Assembly (NCBI GenBank): GCA_003250155.1
Contig: QKHE01000006.1
Location: forward strand, 1 to 50,807
Direction: 5' to 3'
Length of the DNA stretch: 50,807 nucleotides
From: Chloroflexota bacterium
GTDB taxonomy: Bacteria > Chloroflexota > Limnocylindria > Limnocylindrales > CSP1-4
Made by a program: the position numbers and the translations under genes. Positions 1 to 8,272 of this stretch are shown here, in pieces; position 1 is the first letter of the stretch; each line of letters opens with the position of its first letter. The notes under the pieces are model-generated. The model was not told where the DNA came from. It saw nothing but the letters and a program-made list of their open reading frames with translations, and did no database searches.

Positions 1-1
1 T

Positions 2-439
2 GGCTGGCAGGCGCCGTTCCCGGTGCCGCACGTCGAGCTCGCGATCGACCCGGGCCGGCTCGGAATCGGCCTGCTGTTCGTCGTCGCGCTCGCGCCGCTG
101 ATCGGGACGCTGCTGTTCACCGCACCGATCTTCCTGCTGCGCAGCAGGACCCGCTGGTGGGTCGCCCTGATCATCGGCTTCGTGCTGTTCAACGTCGCCG
201 TCGGCGGCCTCGCGTTCCTGTGGGCGTACGTCAACTTCGACTGGGTGGCCGGCCTGTTCTGGTTCATCGGCAAGACGTTCGCGCTCGTCTTCGTCTTCGT
301 CTGGCTGCGCGGCACGCTGCCGCGCGTCCGGATCGACCAGCTGATGGGCTTCGCCTGGAAGTGGCTGCTGCCGGTCTCGCTGCTGAACCTGTTCGTCACC
401 GCCGTGGCCGTCATCGTCGTCGACGCGGTGGGGCGCTGA
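2..439 (+). CDS. nuoH: NADH-quinone oxidoreductase subunit H, C-terminal fragment. The 5' end lies left of the window.
   Basis: The frame is open from the window edge. The C-terminal signature [43 protein letters not shown] matches the conserved NuoH/ND1 tail (RxT.PR.R.DQLM..WK.LLP). The stop TGA at 437-439 overlaps the next ATG (ATGA). Confidence 0.9.
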   Translation, partial: GWQAPFPVPHVELAIDPGRLGIGLLFVVALAPLIGTLLFTAPIFLLRSRTRWWVALIIGFVLFNVAVGGLAFLWAYVNFDWVAGLFWFIGKTFALVFVFVWLRGTLPRVRIDQLMGFAWKWLLPVSLLNLFVTAVAVIVVDAVGR

Positions 440-1197
440 TGAGCTTCCTGTCACAGCTCGTCCCGGGCTTCGGCATTGCCAAGGGCATGACCCTGACGCT
501 GAAGCGCTTCTTCGCGCCCAAGGCGACGATCAAGTACCCCGAGCAGAAGGCCGACGTCGCGGTCCGCTTCCGCGGCCGCCTCCAGCTGCTGTGGGACGAG
601 AACGGCCTGCTGAAGTGCGAGACCTGCTTCCAGTGCGCCCAGGCCTGCCCCATCGAGTGCATCGACATGGGCGGCCTGGATACGAAGGGCCGCTTCCACG
701 TTCACTGGGGCGCGCCCGAAACGTACGGCGAGCGGCGCGAGGAGTCGGCGCTGCGGCGGTCCGGCCGCGTCGTGCCCGATCCCGCGTACGACCACTTCGC
801 GGGCATCGACCTGGCGGCCGTCGACGAGATCCTGGCGCGCCACGACCACGATCCGGCCCGGATGCTGGCGATCTTCGAGGACGTCCAGGCGGCCTACGGC
901 CACCTGCCGGTCGCGGCGCTCAAGCGGATCAGCGAGACCACCGGGGCGTGGTACGCGATGCTGTACGGCACGGCCTCGTACTACCAGCACCTGCGCTTCG
1001 AGCCGCCCGACGCCGAGGGTCAAGCGGCCGCGACGGGCGCCCGCCGACCAGGCGAGGACGCCTACCTCGCGGCGCTCGGCGCCTCGCTCCGGGGCGGCGC
1101 GCCGTCCTCGCCGGACGCGACCGCGGCGGCAAGCTCGGCCGCGAACGGACCCGCGAACACGTCGCGGCCGTCGACGAAACGGCGGTCTGACGCGTGA
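439..1197 (+). CDS. nuoI: Atypical NuoI. It has a NuoI N-terminal half with only one CxxCxxCxxxCP motif, fused to a Cys-less NuoE-like N-terminal helical domain and an Ala/Ser/Pro-rich tail.
   Basis: The ATG at 439 overlaps the nuoH stop. The N-terminus LTLKRFFAPKATIKYPEQKADVAVRFRGRLQLL...CETCFQCAQACPIECI is NuoI-like (motif at 616-651). The second ferredoxin motif is absent. Residues encoded at about 808-1000 (VDEILARHDHDPARMLAIFEDVQAAYGHLPVAALKRISETTGAWYAMLYGTASYYQHLRF) resemble the N-terminal helical part of NuoE. There is no Cys after the first motif region. Confidence 0.8.
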   Translation: MSFLSQLVPGFGIAKGMTLTLKRFFAPKATIKYPEQKADVAVRFRGRLQLLWDENGLLKCETCFQCAQACPIECIDMGGLDTKGRFHVHWGAPETYGERREESALRRSGRVVPDPAYDHFAGIDLAAVDEILARHDHDPARMLAIFEDVQAAYGHLPVAALKRISETTGAWYAMLYGTASYYQHLRFEPPDAEGQAAATGARRPGEDAYLAALGASLRGGAPSSPDATAAASSAANGPANTSRPSTKRRSDA

Positions 1198-2552
1198 CGA
1201 CGTTCCTGACGACCCCGGCCGCGTGGCCGTCGATCCTGCTGGCGCGGCGCGATGCGGCTGACCCGACGGACCTCGCGTCGGCCGTGCGGGCCGGCGCGTT
1301 CGGCGGCCTGACGAAGGCCATGCGGGAGCTCGGGCCGGCGGCCACGATCGGGCTGCTCGAGGAGGCCGGGCTGCGGGGGCGCGGCGGGAGCGGCCACCTG
1401 GCGGCCGAGAAGTGGCGGGCGGCGGCCCGAACCCCGGCCAAGGCACGCTACGTCGTCGCCAACGGCTACGGCGCCGATCCCTCGGTCGCGACGGACCGCG
1501 CGCTGCTCGAGACCGACCCGTACGCGGTCATCGAGGGCGCCGCGATCGCGGCCTTCGCGACCGGCGCGGAGGAGGTCCACATCGCCGTCAGAGCCGGGGC
1601 GACCGAGGCCATCGCGCGCCTCGAGGCGGCGATCGTCGCGGCGCTGGAGGCCGGCTTCATCGGCGACGACGCGCTCGAGAGCGGCAGCCGCATCGAGATC
1701 CTGGTCCGGCCGGTCCAGGGCGCCTACATGCTCGGCGAGGAGACGGTCCTGCTGAAGGCCCTCGAGAGCAAGCGCGGCCAGCCCGAGCAGCGTCCGCCGC
1801 ATCCATCGACGAAGGGCCTCTACGGACGGCCGACCGTGGTCCACAACGTCCAGACCCTCGCGGTGGTGCCGTACATCCTGCGGCACGGCGCGGCGGCGTT
1901 CCGCAAGATCGGCGACCCGGATGCGCCAGGAACGATCCTCGTCGAGGTCCGCGGCCCTGACGGCGCCGGCGTGGCGGAGGTGCCGCTGGGCACGCCGCTG
2001 CGTGACGTCATCGCCCTCGTCGGGGCGCCCGCGCGCGGCCGCAAGGTGAAGGCCGTCGTCATCGGCGGCCCGTCGGGCGGGATCCTGCCGGCGTCGCAGC
2101 TCCGCACGCCGTACAGCTTCGACGGCCTGCGTGCCGCCGGCGCCCACGTCGGCTCGGGCTCGGTGGTCGTCGCCGACGACCGGGCATGCGTCGTCGACCT
2201 GGCGCGGATCCTCACGCGCTACTGCGCCGATGAGGCCTGTGGCAAGACGATCCCGTGCCGAATCGGGCTGCGCCGAATCGCCGAGATCGGTGAGCGCCTG
2301 ACGACCGGCACGTCGCGGGCGGGCGACCTGCAGCTCCTGGAGGACCTCTCGGCCGACGTCGTCGGCTCGGCGCTGTGCGACCACGAGCGACTGGCCACGC
2401 TGCCGCTGATGAGCGGGCTACGATACTTCCGCGCCGAGGTCGACGCGCATCTCGAGCGCGGCGAATGCCCGGCCGGCGTCTGCCGACCGGCGACCCTCGC
2501 CCCGGCCGCCGCCGCCGGTCCCAGCACGCGCGCCTCCAGGGCCCAGGCATGA
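1194..2552 (+). CDS. nuoF: NuoF-family (51 kDa) FMN/NADH-binding subunit homolog with a degenerate N3-cluster motif.
   Basis: The GTG at 1194 overlaps the upstream stop (GTGA). Motifs seen: GLRGRGGSG, GAYMLGEETVLLKALESKRGQPEQRPPHPSTKGLYGRPTVVHNVQTL, and EACGKTIPCRIG where the canonical sequence is ESCGKCTPCREG. Confidence 0.85.
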   Translation: MTTFLTTPAAWPSILLARRDAADPTDLASAVRAGAFGGLTKAMRELGPAATIGLLEEAGLRGRGGSGHLAAEKWRAAARTPAKARYVVANGYGADPSVATDRALLETDPYAVIEGAAIAAFATGAEEVHIAVRAGATEAIARLEAAIVAALEAGFIGDDALESGSRIEILVRPVQGAYMLGEETVLLKALESKRGQPEQRPPHPSTKGLYGRPTVVHNVQTLAVVPYILRHGAAAFRKIGDPDAPGTILVEVRGPDGAGVAEVPLGTPLRDVIALVGAPARGRKVKAVVIGGPSGGILPASQLRTPYSFDGLRAAGAHVGSGSVVVADDRACVVDLARILTRYCADEACGKTIPCRIGLRRIAEIGERLTTGTSRAGDLQLLEDLSADVVGSALCDHERLATLPLMSGLRYFRAEVDAHLERGECPAGVCRPATLAPAAAAGPSTRASRAQA

Positions 2553-5329
2553 CCGACCTGATCACGCGCCCCGACGCCGCCTCCGACGCCGCTGACCCGG
2601 CCGACGCCGCGATCGTGCCGGTCGCCCAGCCCGCGGCGCCGACGGAGCGCCCGGACCGCCCCGCACGCCGCGACCGCCACGTGCGGCCCGATGGCTCGCC
2701 GGAAGCGCGTCCGGACGTCCCGGCCGTCCTGAGCACGGCCGAGCCCGTCGAGGACACGCACGCCGAGCGTCTCCTCACGACGCAGGCGCCGCAGCGGCCG
2801 CTGGCCACGCCGCCGATCCGGATCGAGGTCGACGGCCGGGTCGTCGAGGGCTTCGAGGGCCAGACGATCCTCGAGGTCTGCCGCGACAACGGCATCGAGA
2901 TCCCGACGCTGTGCTACGAGCCGAAGCTGCCCGGCTTCGGCGCCTGCCGGATGTGCGTCGTCGACGTCGAGGGCGAGGAGCACCCGCCGATCAGCTGCTC
3001 GCGGGCCGCCGAGGCCGGCATGAAGGTCCAGACGCAGACCGACGAGGTGCGGCGGCTGCGCCGGACGAACCTCGAGCTGATCTTCTCCGATCACAACGCC
3101 TACTGCCTGCCGCCCTGCCAGTTCAAGTGCCCCAGCCACATCGACATCCCGGGCTTCCTGAAGCAGAACGCGGAGGGCAACTTCCGGGAGTCGACCCGGA
3201 TCTTCAAGCGGACGATCCCGTTCCCGTCCGTCCTCGGCCGGGTCTGCCCGGCCCCGTGCGAGGAGCACTGTCGCCGCGACGAGGTCGACGAGGCGATCGC
3301 GATCCGCGACAGCCACCGCTACGCCGGCGACCAGGTCATCAAGGCGATGCTCGACGAGGACCTGGACCCGCCGGTGCCGTTCGAGGTCCAGGCCAAGACG
3401 GGTCGGCGGGTGGCCGTCATCGGCTCCGGCCCGGCCGGCATGGCCGCCGCCTACTACCTCCTGATCAACGGCCACGACGTGACCGTCCTCGAGCGCGACC
3501 CGGCGCCAGGCGGGATGCTCCGCTACGGCATCCCGCAGTACCGGCTGCCGAAGGTCGAGGTCCTCGAGGCCGAGTACGAGAGCGTCAGCCGCCTCGGCGG
3601 CAAGATCGTCTGCAACCAGGCGCTGGGTCGCGACTTCAGCCTCGACGACCTCCAGTTCCAGGGCTACGACGCGGTCGTCATCGCGATCGGCTGCTACGAC
3701 ACCAACAAGCTCGGCATCCCCGGCGAGGACGCCGCCGAGGTGCTCGACGGCCTCGAGTACCTGCGAACCGCCACGCTCGGCCTGCCGTACCCCGACCACG
3801 CCGGCAAGCGCGTCGTCGTCATCGGCGGCGGCTTCACCTCGATGGACTGCTCGCGGACCTCGATCCGCCAGGGCGCGGCGGAGGTCACGCTCGTCTACCG
3901 CCGCGACATGAAGGACATGCCGGCGGCCAACGAGGTCCACGAGGCGCTCGAGGAGGGCGTCACCGCGATCTTCCAGGCCGGGCCGACGAAGGTCATCACG
4001 GACGAGGCCGGCAACGTCACCGGGGTCGAGTTCATCCGGATGCAGCTGGGCGAGCCCGATGCCTCCGGGCGGCGGCGGCCGCAGCCCGCTCCCGGCACCG
4101 AGTTCGTCGTGCCCTGCGACCGGGTCCTGCTGGCGATCGGCCAGGGTCCCGAGCTCGACTGGGTCGGGCCGGGCTCGACCGGGGTCGGGCCGACGAAGAA
4201 CCGTCGCCTGCAGGCCGACGCGGTGACGTTCGAGACCGGGCGCCCCGGCGTGTTCGGGACCGGCGACGTCCGGATCGGCGCCGCGACGGTGGTCGAGGCG
4301 ATCGCCGAGGGCCGGCGCTGCGCCTACGCCGTCGACGCCTATCTCAAGGGCCGCGACCTGGCCGCGATCAAGACCCGCCAGACCCTGGCCGAGCCGCAGC
4401 CCGAGTTCCTGTCGATCGTGCCGTTCACCGCCGAGGTCAAGGAGCCGCGCTACCGGCTCAAGGCCCTCGACGCGGAGGAACGCCGCCACAGCTACGTGGA
4501 GTACGAGATTCCGTACTCCCGCGGCGAGATCGTCGCCGAGTCGACGCGCTGCCTGCAGTGCACCTGCGAGGCGATCGGCTACTGCGACCTGCGCCGCCTC
4601 GGGATCGAGTACGGCACGACACTCCAGACCCTCGAACCCAGGCACCACGAGGGCGCCGGCTACCGCAGCGTGACCGAGAACCGCTTCACCGGCATCAACC
4701 ACGACTACGTCCGCGACGATTCGCACGCCTTCATCCTGCGCGAGCCGTCGCGCTGCATCGACTGCGGACGCTGCGCCCAGGTCTGCTCGGAGGTCGTCGG
4801 CGCGGCGTGCTACGACTTCATGCGCATCGGCTTCGACACGCTCGTGACGACGCCGCTCGACATGAGCCTCAACGACACGCCGTGCGTGTCCTGCGGCCGC
4901 TGCGCCGAGACCTGCCCGACCGGCGCCCTGATGCCGAAGCCGCGCGTGCTGCAGAAGTACGAGGTCGACGAGAGCCGCTGCATCCTGTGCGGCATCTGCG
5001 TCGACGCATGCCCCTACGACGCGCTGCGTGACGGCGGCGAGTACGAGCTGACCCACGCCAGCCGGGCCGAGCCGATGATCGACCTCATGGCGCTCGCACA
5101 GCTGGATCGCGAGACCGAGATGACGTACGTCCGCAAGGAACGCGACTGGCTCCAGCGCGCGATGGCCGAGGGCCGCTACGTCGATGAGCGGCGGCTGCTG
5201 CCGGTCCTGCCGCCGTCGATGGCGTCGGGCGACGGCGACGGCGCGCCGACCGCGCGCCCGAACGAGGCGCCGTTCGATCCGCCCCGGATCGGGGCTGCGG
5301 GGACGCACCCGCACGCCCACCTGAAGTAG
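2549..5329 (+). CDS. Multidomain Fe-S flavoprotein. Its order is: NuoG/FdhA-type N-terminal [2Fe-2S] domain, GltD-like (glutamate synthase small-subunit family) FAD/NAD(P)H module, several 4Fe-4S motifs, and a NuoI-like C-terminal half. No molybdopterin-type domain is present.
   Basis: The ATG at 2549 overlaps the nuoF-like stop (ATGA). Motifs seen: 2Fe-2S LCYEPKLPGFGACRMCVVDVEGEEHPPISC; GltD-type C..PPC...CPSHIDIPGFL and GRVCPAPCEEHC; FAD site VAVIGSGPAGMAAAYYL; NAD(P)H site VVVIGGGFTSMDCSRT; Fe-S motifs CLQCTCEAIGYC, CIDCGRCAQVC, CVSCGRCAETCPTGAL and CILCGICVDACPYDAL (4979-5014). These are followed by EYELTHASRAEPMIDL, which resembles the NuoI C-terminus. Confidence 0.8.
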   Translation: MTDLITRPDAASDAADPADAAIVPVAQPAAPTERPDRPARRDRHVRPDGSPEARPDVPAVLSTAEPVEDTHAERLLTTQAPQRPLATPPIRIEVDGRVVEGFEGQTILEVCRDNGIEIPTLCYEPKLPGFGACRMCVVDVEGEEHPPISCSRAAEAGMKVQTQTDEVRRLRRTNLELIFSDHNAYCLPPCQFKCPSHIDIPGFLKQNAEGNFRESTRIFKRTIPFPSVLGRVCPAPCEEHCRRDEVDEAIAIRDSHRYAGDQVIKAMLDEDLDPPVPFEVQAKTGRRVAVIGSGPAGMAAAYYLLINGHDVTVLERDPAPGGMLRYGIPQYRLPKVEVLEAEYESVSRLGGKIVCNQALGRDFSLDDLQFQGYDAVVIAIGCYDTNKLGIPGEDAAEVLDGLEYLRTATLGLPYPDHAGKRVVVIGGGFTSMDCSRTSIRQGAAEVTLVYRRDMKDMPAANEVHEALEEGVTAIFQAGPTKVITDEAGNVTGVEFIRMQLGEPDASGRRRPQPAPGTEFVVPCDRVLLAIGQGPELDWVGPGSTGVGPTKNRRLQADAVTFETGRPGVFGTGDVRIGAATVVEAIAEGRRCAYAVDAYLKGRDLAAIKTRQTLAEPQPEFLSIVPFTAEVKEPRYRLKALDAEERRHSYVEYEIPYSRGEIVAESTRCLQCTCEAIGYCDLRRLGIEYGTTLQTLEPRHHEGAGYRSVTENRFTGINHDYVRDDSHAFILREPSRCIDCGRCAQVCSEVVGAACYDFMRIGFDTLVTTPLDMSLNDTPCVSCGRCAETCPTGALMPKPRVLQKYEVDESRCILCGICVDACPYDALRDGGEYELTHASRAEPMIDLMALAQLDRETEMTYVRKERDWLQRAMAEGRYVDERRLLPVLPPSMASGDGDGAPTARPNEAPFDPPRIGAAGTHPHAHLK

Positions 5330-5332
5330 CCG

Positions 5333-5935
5333 ATGCGCGCCTGGCTGTACCTGATCGGCGGGCTGGTCGCCTTCGGCGTCGTCGCGACGCCGGGGCTGCT
5401 GGTGCTGCTGTTCTTCGGCGGCAGCAGCGACGACGTCATGCTCGCCTCGCTCGCGACGCTGATGCTGGTGTCGGGGATCGCCGTCGTCACGATGCGCGAC
5501 ATCATCCGCTGCGGCCTGGCGATGATCGTCTGCTTCCTCGCGTTGGCCGGGATCTACGTCATCCTCCGCGCGCCGATCGTCGCTGCGGCCCAGGTGATCA
5601 TCTACATCGGCGCGATCAGCGTGCTGGTCCTCTTCGCGATCATGCTGACCCAGGACAAGATCGCGCCCGCCCGCCTCGTGTTCCAGACGCAGGCCCTGCC
5701 GGCCGCGATCGCCGCGATCGTCCTCGCGGTGCTCATCGCGCTGGCCGGGGTCGGCACCGACTGGCCGGGCGCGGTCGATCGACTCAGCATCGCGACCGTC
5801 GCCGTCGCGAACCAGCTGTTCGACGAGTACGTGCTGCCGTTCGAGGTCGTCAGCGTCCTCCTCCTGGCGGCGGTCGTCGGCGGCGTCTTCCTGGCCAAGC
5901 GCGAGCCGACTCGCCGCGACGAGGACTCGGTCTGA
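5333..5935 (+). CDS. nuoJ: NADH-quinone oxidoreductase subunit J
   Basis: Polytopic membrane protein with the NuoJ-like core AAAQVIIYIGAISVLVLFAIML. It sits between the nuoI-position genes and nuoK and starts 4 nt after the upstream stop. Confidence 0.9.
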   Translation: MRAWLYLIGGLVAFGVVATPGLLVLLFFGGSSDDVMLASLATLMLVSGIAVVTMRDIIRCGLAMIVCFLALAGIYVILRAPIVAAAQVIIYIGAISVLVLFAIMLTQDKIAPARLVFQTQALPAAIAAIVLAVLIALAGVGTDWPGAVDRLSIATVAVANQLFDEYVLPFEVVSVLLLAAVVGGVFLAKREPTRRDEDSV

Positions 5936-6252
5936 TGGGCCTGGCCGACAACATCGACATCTACCTGGCCCTCGCCGGGGCGCTCTTCGCGATCGGGACG
6001 TTCGGCTTCCTCGCCCGGCGCAACGCGATCTCGATGCTGATGTCGATCGAGCTCATGCTCAATGCCGTCAACCTCGCGATCGTCACGTTCGGGGCGTTCG
6101 AGCCGGCCCTCCAGGGGGACGGCCCGATCATCGCGTTGATGGTCATGGCCGTCGCGGCCGCCGAGGCGACCGTCGGGCTGGCGATCGTGATCGCGATCTT
6201 CCGCAACCGCCGCACGCCGCTTGTCGACGAGTACGACGCGATGCGCCGATGA
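5935..6252 (+). CDS. nuoK: NADH-quinone oxidoreductase subunit K
   Basis: A 105-aa protein with three TM segments. It carries the signature MLMSIELMLNAVNLAIV...AAAEATVGLAIVIAIFR. Its start overlaps the nuoJ stop (ATGA). Confidence 0.95.
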   Translation: MGLADNIDIYLALAGALFAIGTFGFLARRNAISMLMSIELMLNAVNLAIVTFGAFEPALQGDGPIIALMVMAVAAAEATVGLAIVIAIFRNRRTPLVDEYDAMRR

Positions 6253-6277
6253 GCCGCCCACGCATGAGCCACCGCGC

Positions 6278-8272
6278 ATGAGTCACGACCTGCTCATCCC
6301 GCTGATCATCGCGTTCCCGCTCGCGGGCTTCCTGATCACGGCCGTCATCGGCCGGCGCCTGGGCGCGAACGCGTTCTGGATCCCGGTCGGGGCGGTCGTG
6401 CTGTCGTGGCTCGTCGCAATGCTCGTCGTCGTCGCCGCCCTGACGGGCGCCGAGCCGTACGGCGAGCACGGCTACGGCGTCACGCTGTGGACCTGGATCC
6501 CGGCCGGCGCGCTCGACATCACGGCCGGCTTCTTCGTCGACAGCCTGACCGCGGCGCTGCTCATCGTCGTGACGACGATCGGCATGCTCGTGCATGTCTA
6601 TTCGATCGGCTACATGGCCCACGACCCCGGGCGCTGGCGCTTCTTCGCCTACCTCAACCTGTTCATGGTCTCGATGCTGCTGCTCGTGCTGGCCGACAGC
6701 TGGCTCGTGCTGTTCGTGGCCTGGGAGCTGGTCGGGCTGTGCAGCTACCTGCTGATCGGCTTCTGGTACCGCAAGCGCAGCGCGGCCGAGGCGTCGAAGA
6801 AGGCGTTCATCGTGAACCGCGTCGGCGACGTCGGCTTCATCCTCGGCCTGATCGCGATCTTCGTGAACACCGGCACGCTGAACATCCGCGACTCGATCGA
6901 CGTCCTGACCTCGGAGACGCTCGTCGCGTTCCCGATCCCGGTCGCGCTCGTCGCGCTGCTGCTGTTCGCGGGCGCCGTCGGCAAGAGCGCCCAGTTCCCG
7001 CTCCACGTCTGGCTGCCCGACGCGATGGAGGGCCCGACGCCGGTCTCTGCCCTGATCCACGCGGCGACGATGGTCAACGCCGGCGTCTACATGGTCGCCC
7101 GGGCCAACCCGATCTTCGCCTCGGCGCCGGACGTCATGGTCGTCGTCGCCGGGATCGGCATCTTCACCGCGATCCTGGCCGCCTCGATCGCGATGACCCA
7201 GACCGACATCAAACGGGTCCTCGCCTACTCGACGCTCAGCCAGCTCGGCTACATGTTCGCCTCGCTCGGGGTCGGCGCCTTCACGGCCGCGATCTTCCAC
7301 CTCATGACCCACGGCTTCTTCAAGGGCCTGCTGTTCCTCGGCTCGGGATCGGTCATCCACGCCGTCCACGAGGAGCAGGACATGCGCCGGATGGGCGGCC
7401 TGGCGAAGAAGATCCCGCACACCTACTGGACGATGCTGATCGGCGCGGTCGCCATCTCCGGGATCCCGCCGCTGGCCGGCTTCTTCAGCAAGGACGAGAT
7501 CCTCGGCGAAGCCTTCAAGCTCGGCTTCACGTGGGTCTGGGCGATCGGCATCGTCGTCGCGGTCATGACCGCGTTCTACATGTTCCGGCTCATCGGCCTG
7601 ACGTTCTGGGGCGAGAGCCGCGTCGATCCGGCGGTCGAGCCGAAGATCCACGAGTCGCCGCGGACGATGACCGTCCCGCTGTGGCTGCTGGCGATCCCGT
7701 CGCTCGTGCTCGGGGTCCTGCTGACGTGGCCCGGCCCGCCGCTCGGGCCGCTGCTCGGCCTGGATGGCACCGGCCCGCTCCACACCTGGCTCCACGGCGT
7801 GTTCGAGCCGGGCCTCGAGCTGCTCGGCCACCACGAATCCGAGTTTGCGCTGCTGGGCATCGACGGCGTCCTGATCGCGGTCAGCGTGGCCGTCGCGCTG
7901 GCCGGCATGCTGCTGGCGTGGCGCCTGTTCGGGGTGGAGATCGGGCCGTTCCGCGGCGCCCAGCGGCCCGAGCAGGTCAAGGCCCTCACGGCCCGCGTGC
8001 CCGGCCTCTACCGCGCCTCGGTCAACAAGTGGTGGTTCGACGACCTCAACCACGTGATCTTCGTCGTCATCGGCGGCTTCAGCGCCCGCGCCGCGGCGTG
8101 GTTCGACAGCCACGTCGTCGACGGCATCGTCAACGGCATCGGTACCGTGACCCGCCGCTCGGGCGGCGGCCTGTCGCAGATCCAGACCGGCCGCGTCCAG
8201 AACTACGCGCTCGGCATCGCGCTCGGGCTGATCGTCATGGCCGGCTCGTACCTCGTGATCGTGGGCCGCTGA
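6278..8272 (+). CDS. nuoL: NADH-quinone oxidoreductase subunit L
   Basis: Antiporter-like subunit with WELVGLCSYLLIGFWY, GKSAQFPLHVWLPDAMEGPTPVSALIHAATMV, and the long C-terminal lateral-helix region. I chose the start at MSHDLL (6278), downstream of the nuoK stop. The ORF track starts at 6221, which would overlap nuoK. Confidence 0.93.
   Translation: MSHDLLIPLIIAFPLAGFLITAVIGRRLGANAFWIPVGAVVLSWLVAMLVVVAALTGAEPYGEHGYGVTLWTWIPAGALDITAGFFVDSLTAALLIVVTTIGMLVHVYSIGYMAHDPGRWRFFAYLNLFMVSMLLLVLADSWLVLFVAWELVGLCSYLLIGFWYRKRSAAEASKKAFIVNRVGDVGFILGLIAIFVNTGTLNIRDSIDVLTSETLVAFPIPVALVALLLFAGAVGKSAQFPLHVWLPDAMEGPTPVSALIHAATMVNAGVYMVARANPIFASAPDVMVVVAGIGIFTAILAASIAMTQTDIKRVLAYSTLSQLGYMFASLGVGAFTAAIFHLMTHGFFKGLLFLGSGSVIHAVHEEQDMRRMGGLAKKIPHTYWTMLIGAVAISGIPPLAGFFSKDEILGEAFKLGFTWVWAIGIVVAVMTAFYMFRLIGLTFWGESRVDPAVEPKIHESPRTMTVPLWLLAIPSLVLGVLLTWPGPPLGPLLGLDGTGPLHTWLHGVFEPGLELLGHHESEFALLGIDGVLIAVSVAVALAGMLLAWRLFGVEIGPFRGAQRPEQVKALTARVPGLYRASVNKWWFDDLNHVIFVVIGGFSARAAAWFDSHVVDGIVNGIGTVTRRSGGGLSQIQTGRVQNYALGIALGLIVMAGSYLVIVGR

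Noticed and set aside
2219-5320. A 1033-aa minus-strand ORF antisense to the Fe-S flavoprotein gene. Similar very long antisense or off-frame ORFs occur at 6143-8113 (-), 6406-9927 (+, upstream part), 9411-11726 (-), 11763-13805 (+), 11872-13893 (-), 22123-24123 (-), 22977-25784 (+), 24250-25851 (-), 27431-28972 (-), 32380-34923 (+), 32675-35395 (-), 37855-39864 (+), 41590-42876 (-) and 42701-44626 (+).
   Set aside because: Their translations are dominated by Arg/Ala/Gly/Pro/Asp runs with no motifs. They overlap frames that carry clear, well-conserved protein signatures. Such stop-free shadow frames are expected at this GC content.
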